The notes under the pieces: generated by a model
What the model was told of the DNA's origin: nothing
The model's database searches: none
What the model saw: the letters and a program-made list of their open reading frames with translations, nothing else
Assembly: GCA_902766475.1 (NCBI GenBank)
Contig: CACXDQ010000033.1
Coordinates: 1 to 26,022, forward strand
Direction of reading: 5' to 3'
Length of the DNA stretch: 26,022 nucleotides
Origin: an uncultured Eubacteriales bacterium
GTDB lineage: Bacteria; Bacillota; Clostridia; Christensenellales; Borkfalkiaceae
Position numbers and translations under genes: made by a program
Shown here: positions 14,871 through 23,336 of the stretch, in pieces
How the letters are laid out: every line of letters starts with the position of its first letter
How positions within the stretch are numbered: position 1 is the stretch's first letter

Positions 14871-16556
14871 TTAAGATATTATCGTAATTCTGCCTTGACC
14901 GTATGGGTTTTCGTACCCGACGCCTATATTTGCGCCGAGTACGTCGCAGATATAGGCGATAAGTATCTGATTGTCGAGCCCGACGTGTTCTTGCAAAACC
15001 TTTGCGCCGTTAAAAGAAGTGTGCCCGTCGCCGTTTTGAAGCAGAGTGTAGTTTGATCCGGCGACCTTGTATGTCTTATCGGTTTCTATCTCTTCGCCGC
15101 CTATCATAATGTTTTTTACTCTCCTTTCACCTACTATCCCGACGAGCATATTGTTTTCGTCTTTCAAGCAACCGCTTTTTACGGAAACGTCGATCTCGTA
15201 AGTCAGCCCGGCAACTTGCAGAAAACCGCCGTTTTCATCTGGAAGAGCCGAAGCTCCCCATTCCAAGGCGTCGGCTATCTGTTGCCCGGTAGCCTCTATA
15301 ACGCAAATCACGTTTCCGAACGGAAATACGTTTACAATGTCGTTATACGTTACGTCGCCCGACTTTAAATCAACCCTTATTCCTCCGCCGTTTACAAATG
15401 CGACGTCCGCTCCCGATAGCGCTAATAATGCGTCGGCGCAGAAATCTCCGAGGTTGGTTTCGGCACGCCTTACCATTCTTATGGGGTTGCCTGCTCCGTC
15501 CTTTTCTTCGGGATCGTTTATGGTGAGCGTAATATCCGACGTCGCAACCTTTTTGCCGAGCGTTTCTTTAAGCTCCTTTTCGGCGGCTTCGACCTTTCTG
15601 CCCACTTCGTTGTCTATCCCCAAGAGGTCGGGTGCGCTTATCTTGTTCGTCCAGCTCCATATATTTGTTTCGACGATACCCTTTTCGGGCGTAATAATGC
15701 TGTAACCTATATTTGCCATCTTCGTGCCGCAAGCCGAGCGGACGACGGGGTTTCCGCCCATATCGTTCATTATGACTTGCCTCGTGTCGTGGCTGTGCCC
15801 GTCCAAAAACACGTCGATGCCGCTCGTATGTCCTATGATATCGGCATACGTCCATGGGCTGTCGCCGGCATTGAGCCCGAGATGCCCCATAACGTAAACG
15901 TAATCGGCACCGTCCGCCCTTGCTCCGTTTATAGCGCTTTGAACGGCATTATATACTTTCTCGCCGGTTGCGTCCTGCATGAAATCGTAGACGTATTCTC
16001 CCTCGTCGTTCTGGAAAAACGACGGGGTGGAAGAGGAAACGGTCGTGGGCGTGGTAACGCCGATAAAGGCTATTTTCAAGCCCGCCGCTTGCTTGATTAT
16101 ATACGGCTCGAACAAGAGTTCGCCTTCTTTGTTGAAATTGCAGCTTATATACGGGAAGTTTGCTTTTTCGGCAAGAGAAAGGAAGTTTTCGACGCCGTAG
16201 TCGAATTCGTGATTGCCGGGTATGGCGACGTCGTAACGAAGGTCGTTCATAAGCTCTATTATCGTTTCGCCCTTGGATATAGTGCCTATCATTTCGCCTT
16301 GAATAGCGTCGCCGTCGTCGACGAGAATTACTTCGTAGCCCGAACTTTCATAGTTTTCCCTTATGCGTTCAAGCCCGGCATAGCCGAAGCCCTGATCGAC
16401 GCCGCAATGCACGTCGCTCGTGAATAAGACCATAACTTTGTCTTTGGGCGTTTGAGCCGTTTGCCCCTCTTCGCCGCCGTCGCATGCAAAAAAGGTAAGC
16501 GACGTTGACAGAGCGAGCAATAGGCAGATGAGTTTCTTTAAAAATTTAAGTTTCAT
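14871..16556 (-). CDS. 5'-nucleotidase/UDP-sugar hydrolase family lipoprotein
   Basis: Lipobox FFAC. Metallophosphoesterase motifs SDVH, DDGD, GNHEFD, GHLG and DGHSH, plus a C-terminal domain with ETNLG and NGGGIR. Confidence 0.9.
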   Translation of the reverse strand: MKLKFLKKLICLLLALSTSLTFFACDGGEEGQTAQTPKDKVMVLFTSDVHCGVDQGFGYAGLERIRENYESSGYEVILVDDGDAIQGEMIGTISKGETIIELMNDLRYDVAIPGNHEFDYGVENFLSLAEKANFPYISCNFNKEGELLFEPYIIKQAAGLKIAFIGVTTPTTVSSSTPSFFQNDEGEYVYDFMQDATGEKVYNAVQSAINGARADGADYVYVMGHLGLNAGDSPWTYADIIGHTSGIDVFLDGHSHDTRQVIMNDMGGNPVVRSACGTKMANIGYSIITPEKGIVETNIWSWTNKISAPDLLGIDNEVGRKVEAAEKELKETLGKKVATSDITLTINDPEEKDGAGNPIRMVRRAETNLGDFCADALLALSGADVAFVNGGGIRVDLKSGDVTYNDIVNVFPFGNVICVIEATGQQIADALEWGASALPDENGGFLQVAGLTYEIDVSVKSGCLKDENNMLVGIVGERRVKNIMIGGEEIETDKTYKVAGSNYTLLQNGDGHTSFNGAKVLQEHVGLDNQILIAYICDVLGANIGVGYENPYGQGRITIIS

Positions 16557-16576
16557 AACACTCTCCGTAATTTATA

Positions 16577-17383
16577 TCAAGACCGCACGGAAGCGGTATT
16601 TGAAATTATTTTTTTGATTATCCACACCTGAAAGCGTTTCGGGAGAAACGAGAGAAGGCGAAGGGCGAAATTGCGGTTTAAATTGTAGACGTACTTGGGC
16701 TTTTTTGCCCTCAGCGCCCTCTCGACCGTCAAAGCTATCTTTTCCGGGGAAACGCTCTTATTTTCAACCGAATTGACTATATTTCTGAACTTTTCGGCAT
16801 TGCAGCCGTAAAGCTTTGTGTTTGCGCAAAGTCTGTCGAGGGCGGCTGTCGAATCTCCGAGCAGCCCCGTCTTTACGGCGCCGGGGCGAATTACGGAAAC
16901 GGAAAACCCGAGCAAATTCAATTCCATACGAAGTGCGTCGGCATACTTTTCAACCGCCGTTTTCGTAATGCCGTATAAGCCCGTAAACGGCAGGGGATCG
17001 AGGGGAGCGAGCTCGCTCGAAGTCATAATTATCCTCGCACGTTCATTTAATTGTCCGAAAAACGCCTTGTTCACATAAAATGCGCCGAAAAGGTTTATGC
17101 GGAATATTTTCTCAAAGTTTTCTTCGCTTATCTCTATCAGTGAATCCATATTGTAAATCCCGGCGAAGTGGACTATTGCGTCGAATTTTACGTCTTTAAA
17201 ACGCTCCGCCGCTTTGTTTACTTCTTCGGCGGAAGTCAAATCGGCTCTTTGATAGTTTACGCCGCTTGTCTTGCAAACGTCGTTTCTGTCGACGCCGTAC
17301 ACGGCGTAACCTTTTTTTAATAACAGCTCTGCCGTGGCGGCGCCCATTCCTCCGCACACGCCGGTTATCAGAATGTTTTTCAT
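16577..17383 (-). CDS. Short-chain dehydrogenase/reductase (SDR)
   Basis: TGVCGGMG cofactor motif and catalytic YGITK. Confidence 0.9.
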   Translation of the reverse strand: MKNILITGVCGGMGAATAELLLKKGYAVYGVDRNDVCKTSGVNYQRADLTSAEEVNKAAERFKDVKFDAIVHFAGIYNMDSLIEISEENFEKIFRINLFGAFYVNKAFFGQLNERARIIMTSSELAPLDPLPFTGLYGITKTAVEKYADALRMELNLLGFSVSVIRPGAVKTGLLGDSTAALDRLCANTKLYGCNAEKFRNIVNSVENKSVSPEKIALTVERALRAKKPKYVYNLNRNFALRLLSFLPKRFQVWIIKKIISNTASVRS

Positions 17384-17389
17384 GTCTTA

Positions 17390-17426
17390 ATTATATCAAA
17401 AAAATCAAAAACAGTAAACTGTTTTT
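17390..17426 (-). promoter_or_regulatory. SDR promoter (leaderless) with a palindrome over -35
   Basis: Minus strand reads TTTACT (17418-17413), 17 nt, TATAAT (17395-17390, with TG), and ATG 6 nt later. AAAAACAGT-aa-ACTGTTTTT spans 17407-17426. Confidence 0.55.
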
Positions 17427-17703
17427 TATGCGGTAAAAAAATTGCCGATAATAATTGAAAACATATTGCGACTTGCATGTTTAAGCGACGATAATCGCAG
17501 TTAAAAACAGCATAATTTTCTAGTCTATGTGATCCTTACAGATATATTGTTTTTCATACAATTTTCTTGATTATTATTTATAATTTTATCAATCAAAAAA
17601 TAATTAATCAAGGTTTACTGACAGACCAAATATTCAAAAAACAGTAAAACAGTAAGTAAAATCTTGCTGTTTTAAATATTTAAAATAATTATTTTAGCCT
17701 AAC

Positions 17704-17742
17704 AATAAAAGCGAATCCGTCTCCTAATGGAAACGGGTTCGC
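17704..17742 (-). terminator. Intrinsic terminator of the tRNA operon
   Basis: Minus strand GCGAACCCGT...ACGGATTCGC followed by TTTTATTGTT. Confidence 0.75.
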
Positions 17743-17754
17743 CTTTAACTTGTT

Positions 17755-17829
17755 TGGTGACCCCTACGGGATTCGAACCCATGATACCGCCGTGAAAGGG
17801 CGATGTCTTAACCGCTTGACCAAGGGGCC
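17755..17829 (-). tRNA. tRNA-Glu(TTC)
   Basis: GGCCCCTTGGTCAAGCGGTTAAGACATCGCC-CTTTCAC-GGCGGTATCATGGGTTCGAATCCCGTAGGGGTCACCA forms a cloverleaf with encoded CCA. Confidence 0.97.
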
Positions 17830-17869
17830 ATATTAAATTTTTTTTCTCGTCCTCTTAAGGTCGGACGAG

Positions 17870-18028
17870 CGAACCCATGATACCGCCTCGTCGCAATTCG
17901 TTTTCATGCCAACCGTTCTTCGTAAACTCAAAACGGTAACCTTTTTAAACGATTGCTCCTCTTCCCAAAAATATCCTATTTTTGGGAGCCCTGATTTTGC
18001 GATGTCTTAATCGCTTGACCAAGGGGCC
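17870..18028 (-). pseudogene. Interrupted, 3'-truncated second copy of tRNA-Glu
   Basis: 17999-18028 matches 17800-17829 (29/30) and 17870-17887 matches 17774-17791 (18/18). The anticodon loop is replaced by 111 nt, and the 3' T-stem and acceptor strand are missing. Confidence 0.85.
17888..17998. mobile_element. Structured 111-nt insert (possible miniature element)
   Basis: Nested inverted repeats and short terminal inverted repeats (TCGCAA...TTGCGA). Mobility is inferred only. Confidence 0.35.
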
Positions 18029-18076
18029 TTTTATATTTATTTTATATTCAAACGGCGTTTCCGCCCTTTTTAATGA

Positions 18077-18153
18077 TGGTAGCGGCGGTCAGATTCGAAC
18101 CAACGACCTGCCGGGTATGAACCGGCCGCTATAACCAACTAAGCTACGCCGCC
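18077..18153 (-). tRNA. tRNA-Met(CAT), elongator type
   Basis: GGCGGCGTAGCTTAGTTGGTTATAGCGGCCGG-TTCATAC-CCGGCAGGTCGTTGGTTCGAATCTGACCGCCGCTACCA. Paired 1-72 position and GGTTCATACCC resemble Firmicute elongator Met rather than Ile2. Confidence 0.9.
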
Positions 18154-18206
18154 ATATTTTGTACTTCAGTGCAAGCGCATTTACTACGCCTGCACACCGT
18201 ACTTAC

Positions 18207-18284
<78 letters not shown>

Positions 18285-18298
18285 CCGAATGCTTTATT

Positions 18299-18327
18299 AT
18301 ATTAACCGATTTTTAAATATTTGTCAA
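18299..18327 (-). promoter_or_regulatory. tRNA operon promoter
   Basis: Minus strand reads TTGACA (18327-18322), 17 nt, TAATAT (18304-18299), with an AT-rich UP-like tract upstream. Confidence 0.7.
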
Positions 18328-18420
18328 CTAAAAAAAGCACATTTTTTAAAAAAATTTTAAAAAACTTTAAGCCTTTAAATATTTCCCTTTTTTTGCGTTA
18401 TATGTTATAATGTAATCGAT

Positions 18421-19725
18421 ATGAATTTAGATATGGAACTTCTGAAAAACAGAGGAGTTGTCGCCGTCGCCGTTTCGGGAGGAAAAGATTCCGTGGCGCT
18501 CATTCACCTCTTATCAAAGCTGAAAGGCGAACTCGGCATAACGCTCAAAGCGGTAAACGTCGAACACGGCATCCGTGGGGAAGAATCGGTTTCGGACAGC
18601 GAATTCGTAAAAAAACTTTGTAAAGAATTAAGCGTCGAACTATATTTTAAAAGCGTAGACGTGCCGAGGCTCGTCGAGAGAGATGGACTATCCGAGGAAG
18701 AGGCGGCAAGAATATTGAGATACAAGGTCTTTGACGAGGCGATAGAGAGCGGCTTTTGCGATTTTATCGCCACGGCGCACCATCTATCCGACGACGTGGA
18801 AACTATCCTCTTCAATATTTTAAGGGGCACGTCGCTTTCGGGCGTCGGCGGAATATCTTCCCTGTCGCACGGCGGAAAAATTCTTCGCCCGATGCTTTCC
18901 GTTACGAGGGATGAAATAGACGATTACGTTTTAAAAAATAATTTGCCGTTCGTTACCGACAGAACTAATTTTGATACCGGCTATGCGAGAAATTTTTTGC
19001 GGCTTGAAGTTATTCCGCTTATAAAGAGCAGATTCAAAAGCTTTGAAACGGCGGTGGAGAGGTTTGCCGTTCTCGCCGCAAAGGACGACGAATACCTGAA
19101 TTGCATCGCAAAAAAAAGCGTTGAATTAAAAGACGGCGAGGCGAGCTTTGCGGTTGGGCTTGACGAGGTTATTTTCGCCCGTTCAGCCGTCATAGCAATG
19201 AAGCACGTCGGAATAGTTAAGGACTACGAGAAAAGGCATATAGACGAAATTTCGGCTTTAAAAGACGCACGGAACGGAACGACGATCGATCTTCCGAAAA
19301 ACGTTGCGGCGGTAAAAGATTACGATAAGATCACGTTATATATAAAGAAGGGGAGAGATAGCGAAGAGGCTCCGTTTAAAACGGGAGAAATGACCGTTTG
19401 CGGAAAGAGAGTCAATATAAGCCTTGCCGATAAGATAGAGAAGAAAGACAAAACGCTGTATTTCGACGGCGACAAGGTGCCGAGATCCGCCGTAATAAGG
19501 ACGAGAAGGGACGGCGACACGTTTGAGAAATTCGGCGGCGGAACGAAAAAGCTTAAAGATTATCTTATAGATAAAAAAATACCATCGAGGGAAAGGGACG
19601 GGCTTTTGCTCGTTGCGGACGGAAAAAAAGTGCTTTTAATTTTCGGAATTGAGATTTCCGCCTCAATAAAAGTAGACAAAGGCACAACAAATATGTTAAA
19701 ATGTAACATATCCAATAATACTTAA
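18421..19725 (+). CDS. tilS: tRNA(Ile)-lysidine synthetase
   Basis: PP-loop AVSGGKDS, VEHGIRG, ARILRY, ATAHHLSDDVET, RNFLR and C-terminal KKLKDYLIDKKIP. Confidence 0.95.
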   Translation: MNLDMELLKNRGVVAVAVSGGKDSVALIHLLSKLKGELGITLKAVNVEHGIRGEESVSDSEFVKKLCKELSVELYFKSVDVPRLVERDGLSEEEAARILRYKVFDEAIESGFCDFIATAHHLSDDVETILFNILRGTSLSGVGGISSLSHGGKILRPMLSVTRDEIDDYVLKNNLPFVTDRTNFDTGYARNFLRLEVIPLIKSRFKSFETAVERFAVLAAKDDEYLNCIAKKSVELKDGEASFAVGLDEVIFARSAVIAMKHVGIVKDYEKRHIDEISALKDARNGTTIDLPKNVAAVKDYDKITLYIKKGRDSEEAPFKTGEMTVCGKRVNISLADKIEKKDKTLYFDGDKVPRSAVIRTRRDGDTFEKFGGGTKKLKDYLIDKKIPSRERDGLLLVADGKKVLLIFGIEISASIKVDKGTTNMLKCNISNNT

Positions 19726-19737
19726 GGAGAAAGGACA

Positions 19738-20280
19738 ATGTACGAGGATACCATTGAAAGAGTGTTGCTGTCGGAGGAACAGCTCGACAAGCGAATTGCG
19801 GAAATGGCAGTGCAGATCGATCGGGATTACGAGGGTAAAAAACCGCTTATGGTTGCGATCTTGAAAGGTAGCATAATGTTTTTCACAGACCTTATCAGAA
19901 AGATGAAGATCAATCTTGAAATAGACTTCATGGCTATTTCGAGTTACGGAAACGGCGTCAAGTCGTCGGGTGAAGTCAAGATGATAAAGGACCTTGACCG
20001 CAAAGTGGAGGGCAAGGATATAATAATCGTCGAAGATATAATCGACAGCGGCTACACGATGAAATATCTCAAAAATATGCTCGAAGCAAGAAAGCCCAAT
20101 TCCATAAAGATATGCACGCTTTTGGATAAGCCGTCGAGAAGGGAAACGGACGTTCAGGTCGATTACAGAGGCTTCGAGGTCGAGAATGAATTCGTGGTAG
20201 GTTACGGGCTCGATTATGCGGGGCTTTACAGAAATATTCCGTTCGTCGGAATTTTAAAGAGAGAAATATACGAGAAATAA
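19738..20280 (+). CDS. hpt: Hypoxanthine phosphoribosyltransferase
   Basis: ILKGS, IIVEDIIDSGYT PRPP motif and FVVGYGLDY, following tilS. Confidence 0.97.
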   Translation: MYEDTIERVLLSEEQLDKRIAEMAVQIDRDYEGKKPLMVAILKGSIMFFTDLIRKMKINLEIDFMAISSYGNGVKSSGEVKMIKDLDRKVEGKDIIIVEDIIDSGYTMKYLKNMLEARKPNSIKICTLLDKPSRRETDVQVDYRGFEVENEFVVGYGLDYAGLYRNIPFVGILKREIYEK

Positions 20281-20283
20281 TAT

Positions 20284-20340
20284 AAGGCTTGACCGAGAAT
20301 GAAAATCATTCTCGGGCAAGCCTTTAAACGTTGTTTTTTT
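20284..20340 (+). terminator. Long hairpin terminator after hpt
   Basis: AAGGCTTG-a-CCGAGAATGA-aaa-TCATTCTCGG-g-CAAGCCTT (20284-20324), then a T-rich tract. Confidence 0.7.
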
Positions 20341-20359
20341 ATAAAAAATATGTTATAAT
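20331..20359 (+). promoter_or_regulatory. Promoter (leaderless) for the ADP-ribosylglycohydrolase gene
   Basis: TTGTTT (20331-20336), 17 nt, TATAAT (20354-20359, with TG). ATG is 6 nt later with no SD. Confidence 0.6.
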
Positions 20360-20365
20360 CGTGTT

Positions 20366-21610
20366 ATGGAAAGAAAATTTTGGACAGACGATGAGATAAG
20401 ATCTCTTATAGACGTCGTATTTCGTGAAAGCGACGACGACAACGGCGAGAAAAAACAGGACATAATGAGTTATATCTCGTCGAGGATACTTCCTGTCGAC
20501 AACGTTAAGTTTAACGTCGGAAATGCTCCCGAGGAGAGGAGAAAGCTTTACTTTCACGTCTTTAAAAGGTGCTTGGGCTACGTTGACAAAGGCTCTGTTT
20601 TCGGCTGTCTTATAGGCGGTGCGGCGGGCGACGCCCTCGGCTACCCCGTCGAATTTGTGAGTACGGGCGAGATTTTTGCAAAATACGGAAAAGACGGCGT
20701 TGCGTCATACCGCCTTTCAAGTGGTGAAAAAGCGCTGATTTCAGACGATACGCAGATGACTCTGTTTACCGCCGAGGGGCTATGGTATGCCCGTGAAAAC
20801 TTCGGAAATCCGAGTTTACAAAACTATATCGACGAGATATATAACGCATATAAAAGATGGTATTCGACTCAGACGGGCGGCTATAACGGCAATGAAAACA
20901 CGATAGCCGAGGACGAGAGATTAAACGTAAGACGTGCGCCCGGCGGAACGTGCCTTTCGGCGCTCGGGTCGGGTAAGATGGGCTCGATAGAAGAGCCCAT
21001 AAACACGAGTAAAGGTTGCGGCGGAATAATGCGTGCGGCTCCCATTGCAATAGTGATGGCGCAAAACGACGGGTACAGTATGGAAGAAGCGGCGTATCTC
21101 GGCGCTCAATCGGCGGCGATAACGCACGGAAATCAGCTCGGCTACATACCGACGGCGGCGTTCGTTGCGATAATATATTCGCTGTTGAGGGGCAATACTC
21201 CCGTAGGGGCGGTCTTAGCGGCAAAGGATGTTATTTTAAAGATTTTCCCCGACAGTAAAGCCGCTATGACGACGGCGGAGCTTATGGATAAGGCGCTTTA
21301 TTGCGCAAAGGCGGATATTTCGGATATAGACGCCGTATCAAGCCTCGGTGAAGGGTGGGTTGCGGAAGAAACGCTCGCAATAGCCATCTACTCTTTCGTA
21401 AAATATTCAGGCGATTTTAAAAAGGCGCTTTCCGTTGCGGTAAGCCACGGCGGCGACAGCGATTCGACGGGGGCGGTAACGGGGAATATGATCGGCGCAT
21501 ACGTCGGGATAAATGCGATCCCCGATGAGTTTAAGAAAAATCTCGAACTTTACGACGTTTTGGAAAATATGTCCGAAAAACTGTTTTACGACGTAAAACT
21601 TTCGAGGTAA
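20366..21610 (+). CDS. ADP-ribosylglycohydrolase (DraG/ARH family) with N-terminal extension
   Basis: GAAGDALGYPVEF, SDDTQMT, KGCGGIMRAAP, THG and GGDSDSTGAVTG. Confidence 0.9.
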   Translation: MERKFWTDDEIRSLIDVVFRESDDDNGEKKQDIMSYISSRILPVDNVKFNVGNAPEERRKLYFHVFKRCLGYVDKGSVFGCLIGGAAGDALGYPVEFVSTGEIFAKYGKDGVASYRLSSGEKALISDDTQMTLFTAEGLWYARENFGNPSLQNYIDEIYNAYKRWYSTQTGGYNGNENTIAEDERLNVRRAPGGTCLSALGSGKMGSIEEPINTSKGCGGIMRAAPIAIVMAQNDGYSMEEAAYLGAQSAAITHGNQLGYIPTAAFVAIIYSLLRGNTPVGAVLAAKDVILKIFPDSKAAMTTAELMDKALYCAKADISDIDAVSSLGEGWVAEETLAIAIYSFVKYSGDFKKALSVAVSHGGDSDSTGAVTGNMIGAYVGINAIPDEFKKNLELYDVLENMSEKLFYDVKLSR

Positions 21611-21659
21611 AAACAAATAAGTGGGGCTATAAGTTGATTAACGGCGTGTTTTTATGGTC

Positions 21660-21698
21660 GGGCGGACGCTTTTTAAAAGCGTCCGCCCTTATTTTTTG
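21660..21698 (+). terminator. Intrinsic terminator
   Basis: GGGCGGACGCTTTT-t-AAAAGCGTCCGCCC followed by TTATTTTTTG. Confidence 0.85.
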
Positions 21699-21773
21699 TG
21701 CCAAAACGGCGTAAAAACAGATGAATTACGCCTTAAAAAAAGAATAAAAAGCTCAAAATGCTTTTTAAAACTG

Positions 21774-21840
21774 TTGTAATTTTAGAAAAAATATGTTAAA
21801 ATACATTGTGATTGACTATATTATCTTTATATAATATAAC
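21774..21840 (+). promoter_or_regulatory. Candidate tandem promoters of asnS
   Basis: TTGTAA-17-TAAAAT with TG (21774-21802) and TTGACT-17-TATAAC (21812-21840). The region is AT-rich, so chance matches are possible. Confidence 0.4.
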
Positions 21841-21860
21841 TTTATAAAGGAGCGCTAAAA

Positions 21861-23255
21861 ATGAATCAAAGAATACAGATAAAAGAGATCTTTGCTCATT
21901 CCGAGATTTACGGCGGTAAAGACGTCGTCGTGATGGGTTGGGCGAGGACGATAAGAGATTCAAAGGCATTCGGATTTATCGAACTCAACGACGGAAGTTG
22001 TTTTAAAAACCTTCAAGTAGTTTTCGAGAGGGATCTGATAGAAAATTACGACGAGATAGCGGCGCAGAACGTCGGTTGTTCGCTTGAAGTAAAGGGCACG
22101 GTAGTTCTTACGCCCGAGGCGAAACAGCCGCTCGAAATCAAGGCGAAGTGCGTGAGGGTCGAGGGTGCTTCCTCTCCCGAATATCCCCTTCAAAAGAAAA
22201 GACATTCTCTCGAATATCTGAGAGAAATAGCCTATCTCCGTCCGAGAACGAACACTTTCGGCGCCGTTTTCCGCATAAGGAGCGAGGCGGCTTTTGCAAT
22301 ACATAAATTCTTCAACGAGAGGGGCTTTGTGTACGTCCATACCCCGCTTATAACGGGCAGCGACGCAGAGGGCGCCGGGGCAATGTTCCAGGTTACTACG
22401 CTCGACGTTGCGAACGTGCCTAAAAAGGACGGAAAAGTAGATTATACCGAAGATTTCTTCGGTAAGCACGCAAGCCTTACCGTTTCAGGTCAGCTATCCG
22501 CCGAGGCTTACGCAATGGCGTTCGGAAACGTCTATACCTTCGGACCGACGTTCAGAGCCGAGAGGAGCAACACGGCAAGGCACGCCGCAGAGTTCTGGAT
22601 GATCGAGCCGGAAATGGCATTTGCCGACCTCTCCGACGATATGGATACCGCCGAAGCTATGGTCAAGGCGATAATAAATCACGTTATGGCGACTTGCCCC
22701 AACGAACTTGAATTTTTGAATAATTTCGTTGATAAAGGACTTATTGACAGACTTAACAACGTTGTTTCAAACGAGTTCGTAAGGCTCAGCTACACCGAAG
22801 CCATCAAGCTTTTGGAGCCTGTCAAGGATAAATTCGAGTTCCCCGTTTATTGGGGTTGCGACCTTCAGAGCGAACACGAGAGGTATATAACCGAGCAGAT
22901 ATACAAAAAGCCCGTTTTCCTCACCGACTACCCGAAGGAGATAAAGGCATTCTATATGCGCCTTAACGACGACGGAAAGACCGTTGCCGCCGCAGACCTT
23001 CTCGTTCCCGGCGTCGGCGAGCTTATCGGCGGAAGCCAGAGGGAGGAACGGCTCGACGTGCTTGAAAACCGCATGAACGAACTCGGCTTAAAGCCCGAAG
23101 AGTATGATTGGTATATAAATCTCCGCAAATACGGCGGCACCACTCACTCCGGTTACGGCCTCGGTTTTGAAAGAATGATAATGTATCTCACGGGCATAGC
23201 CAACATAAGGGACGTAATACCTTTCCCCCGTACTGTCGGAAACCTCGAGTATTGA
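21861..23255 (+). CDS. asnS: Asparaginyl-tRNA synthetase
   Basis: OB-fold GWARTIR, YPLQKK, LTVSGQL, motif 2 [24 protein letters not shown] and motif 3 GYGLGFER. Confidence 0.97.
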   Translation: MNQRIQIKEIFAHSEIYGGKDVVVMGWARTIRDSKAFGFIELNDGSCFKNLQVVFERDLIENYDEIAAQNVGCSLEVKGTVVLTPEAKQPLEIKAKCVRVEGASSPEYPLQKKRHSLEYLREIAYLRPRTNTFGAVFRIRSEAAFAIHKFFNERGFVYVHTPLITGSDAEGAGAMFQVTTLDVANVPKKDGKVDYTEDFFGKHASLTVSGQLSAEAYAMAFGNVYTFGPTFRAERSNTARHAAEFWMIEPEMAFADLSDDMDTAEAMVKAIINHVMATCPNELEFLNNFVDKGLIDRLNNVVSNEFVRLSYTEAIKLLEPVKDKFEFPVYWGCDLQSEHERYITEQIYKKPVFLTDYPKEIKAFYMRLNDDGKTVAAADLLVPGVGELIGGSQREERLDVLENRMNELGLKPEEYDWYINLRKYGGTTHSGYGLGFERMIMYLTGIANIRDVIPFPRTVGNLEY

Positions 23256-23336
23256 GAAGATATTCATCACAAATAATGCGGTTAAAGCCGAAAACTCAGC
23301 GTCAATGAGTAAAAAATTAAGGAAAATTAAGAATAA

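Noticed and set aside
17870-18028. Functional intron-containing tRNA, group I intron or tmRNA
   Set aside because: The anticodon bases are deleted, the 3' acceptor strand and CCA are absent, and 111 nt is too short for a group I core. No tmRNA tag frame or Ala acceptor is seen.
21611-21860. T-box leader upstream of asnS
   Set aside because: No T-box consensus or antiterminator is recognisable, and the hairpin present is the terminator of the upstream gene.
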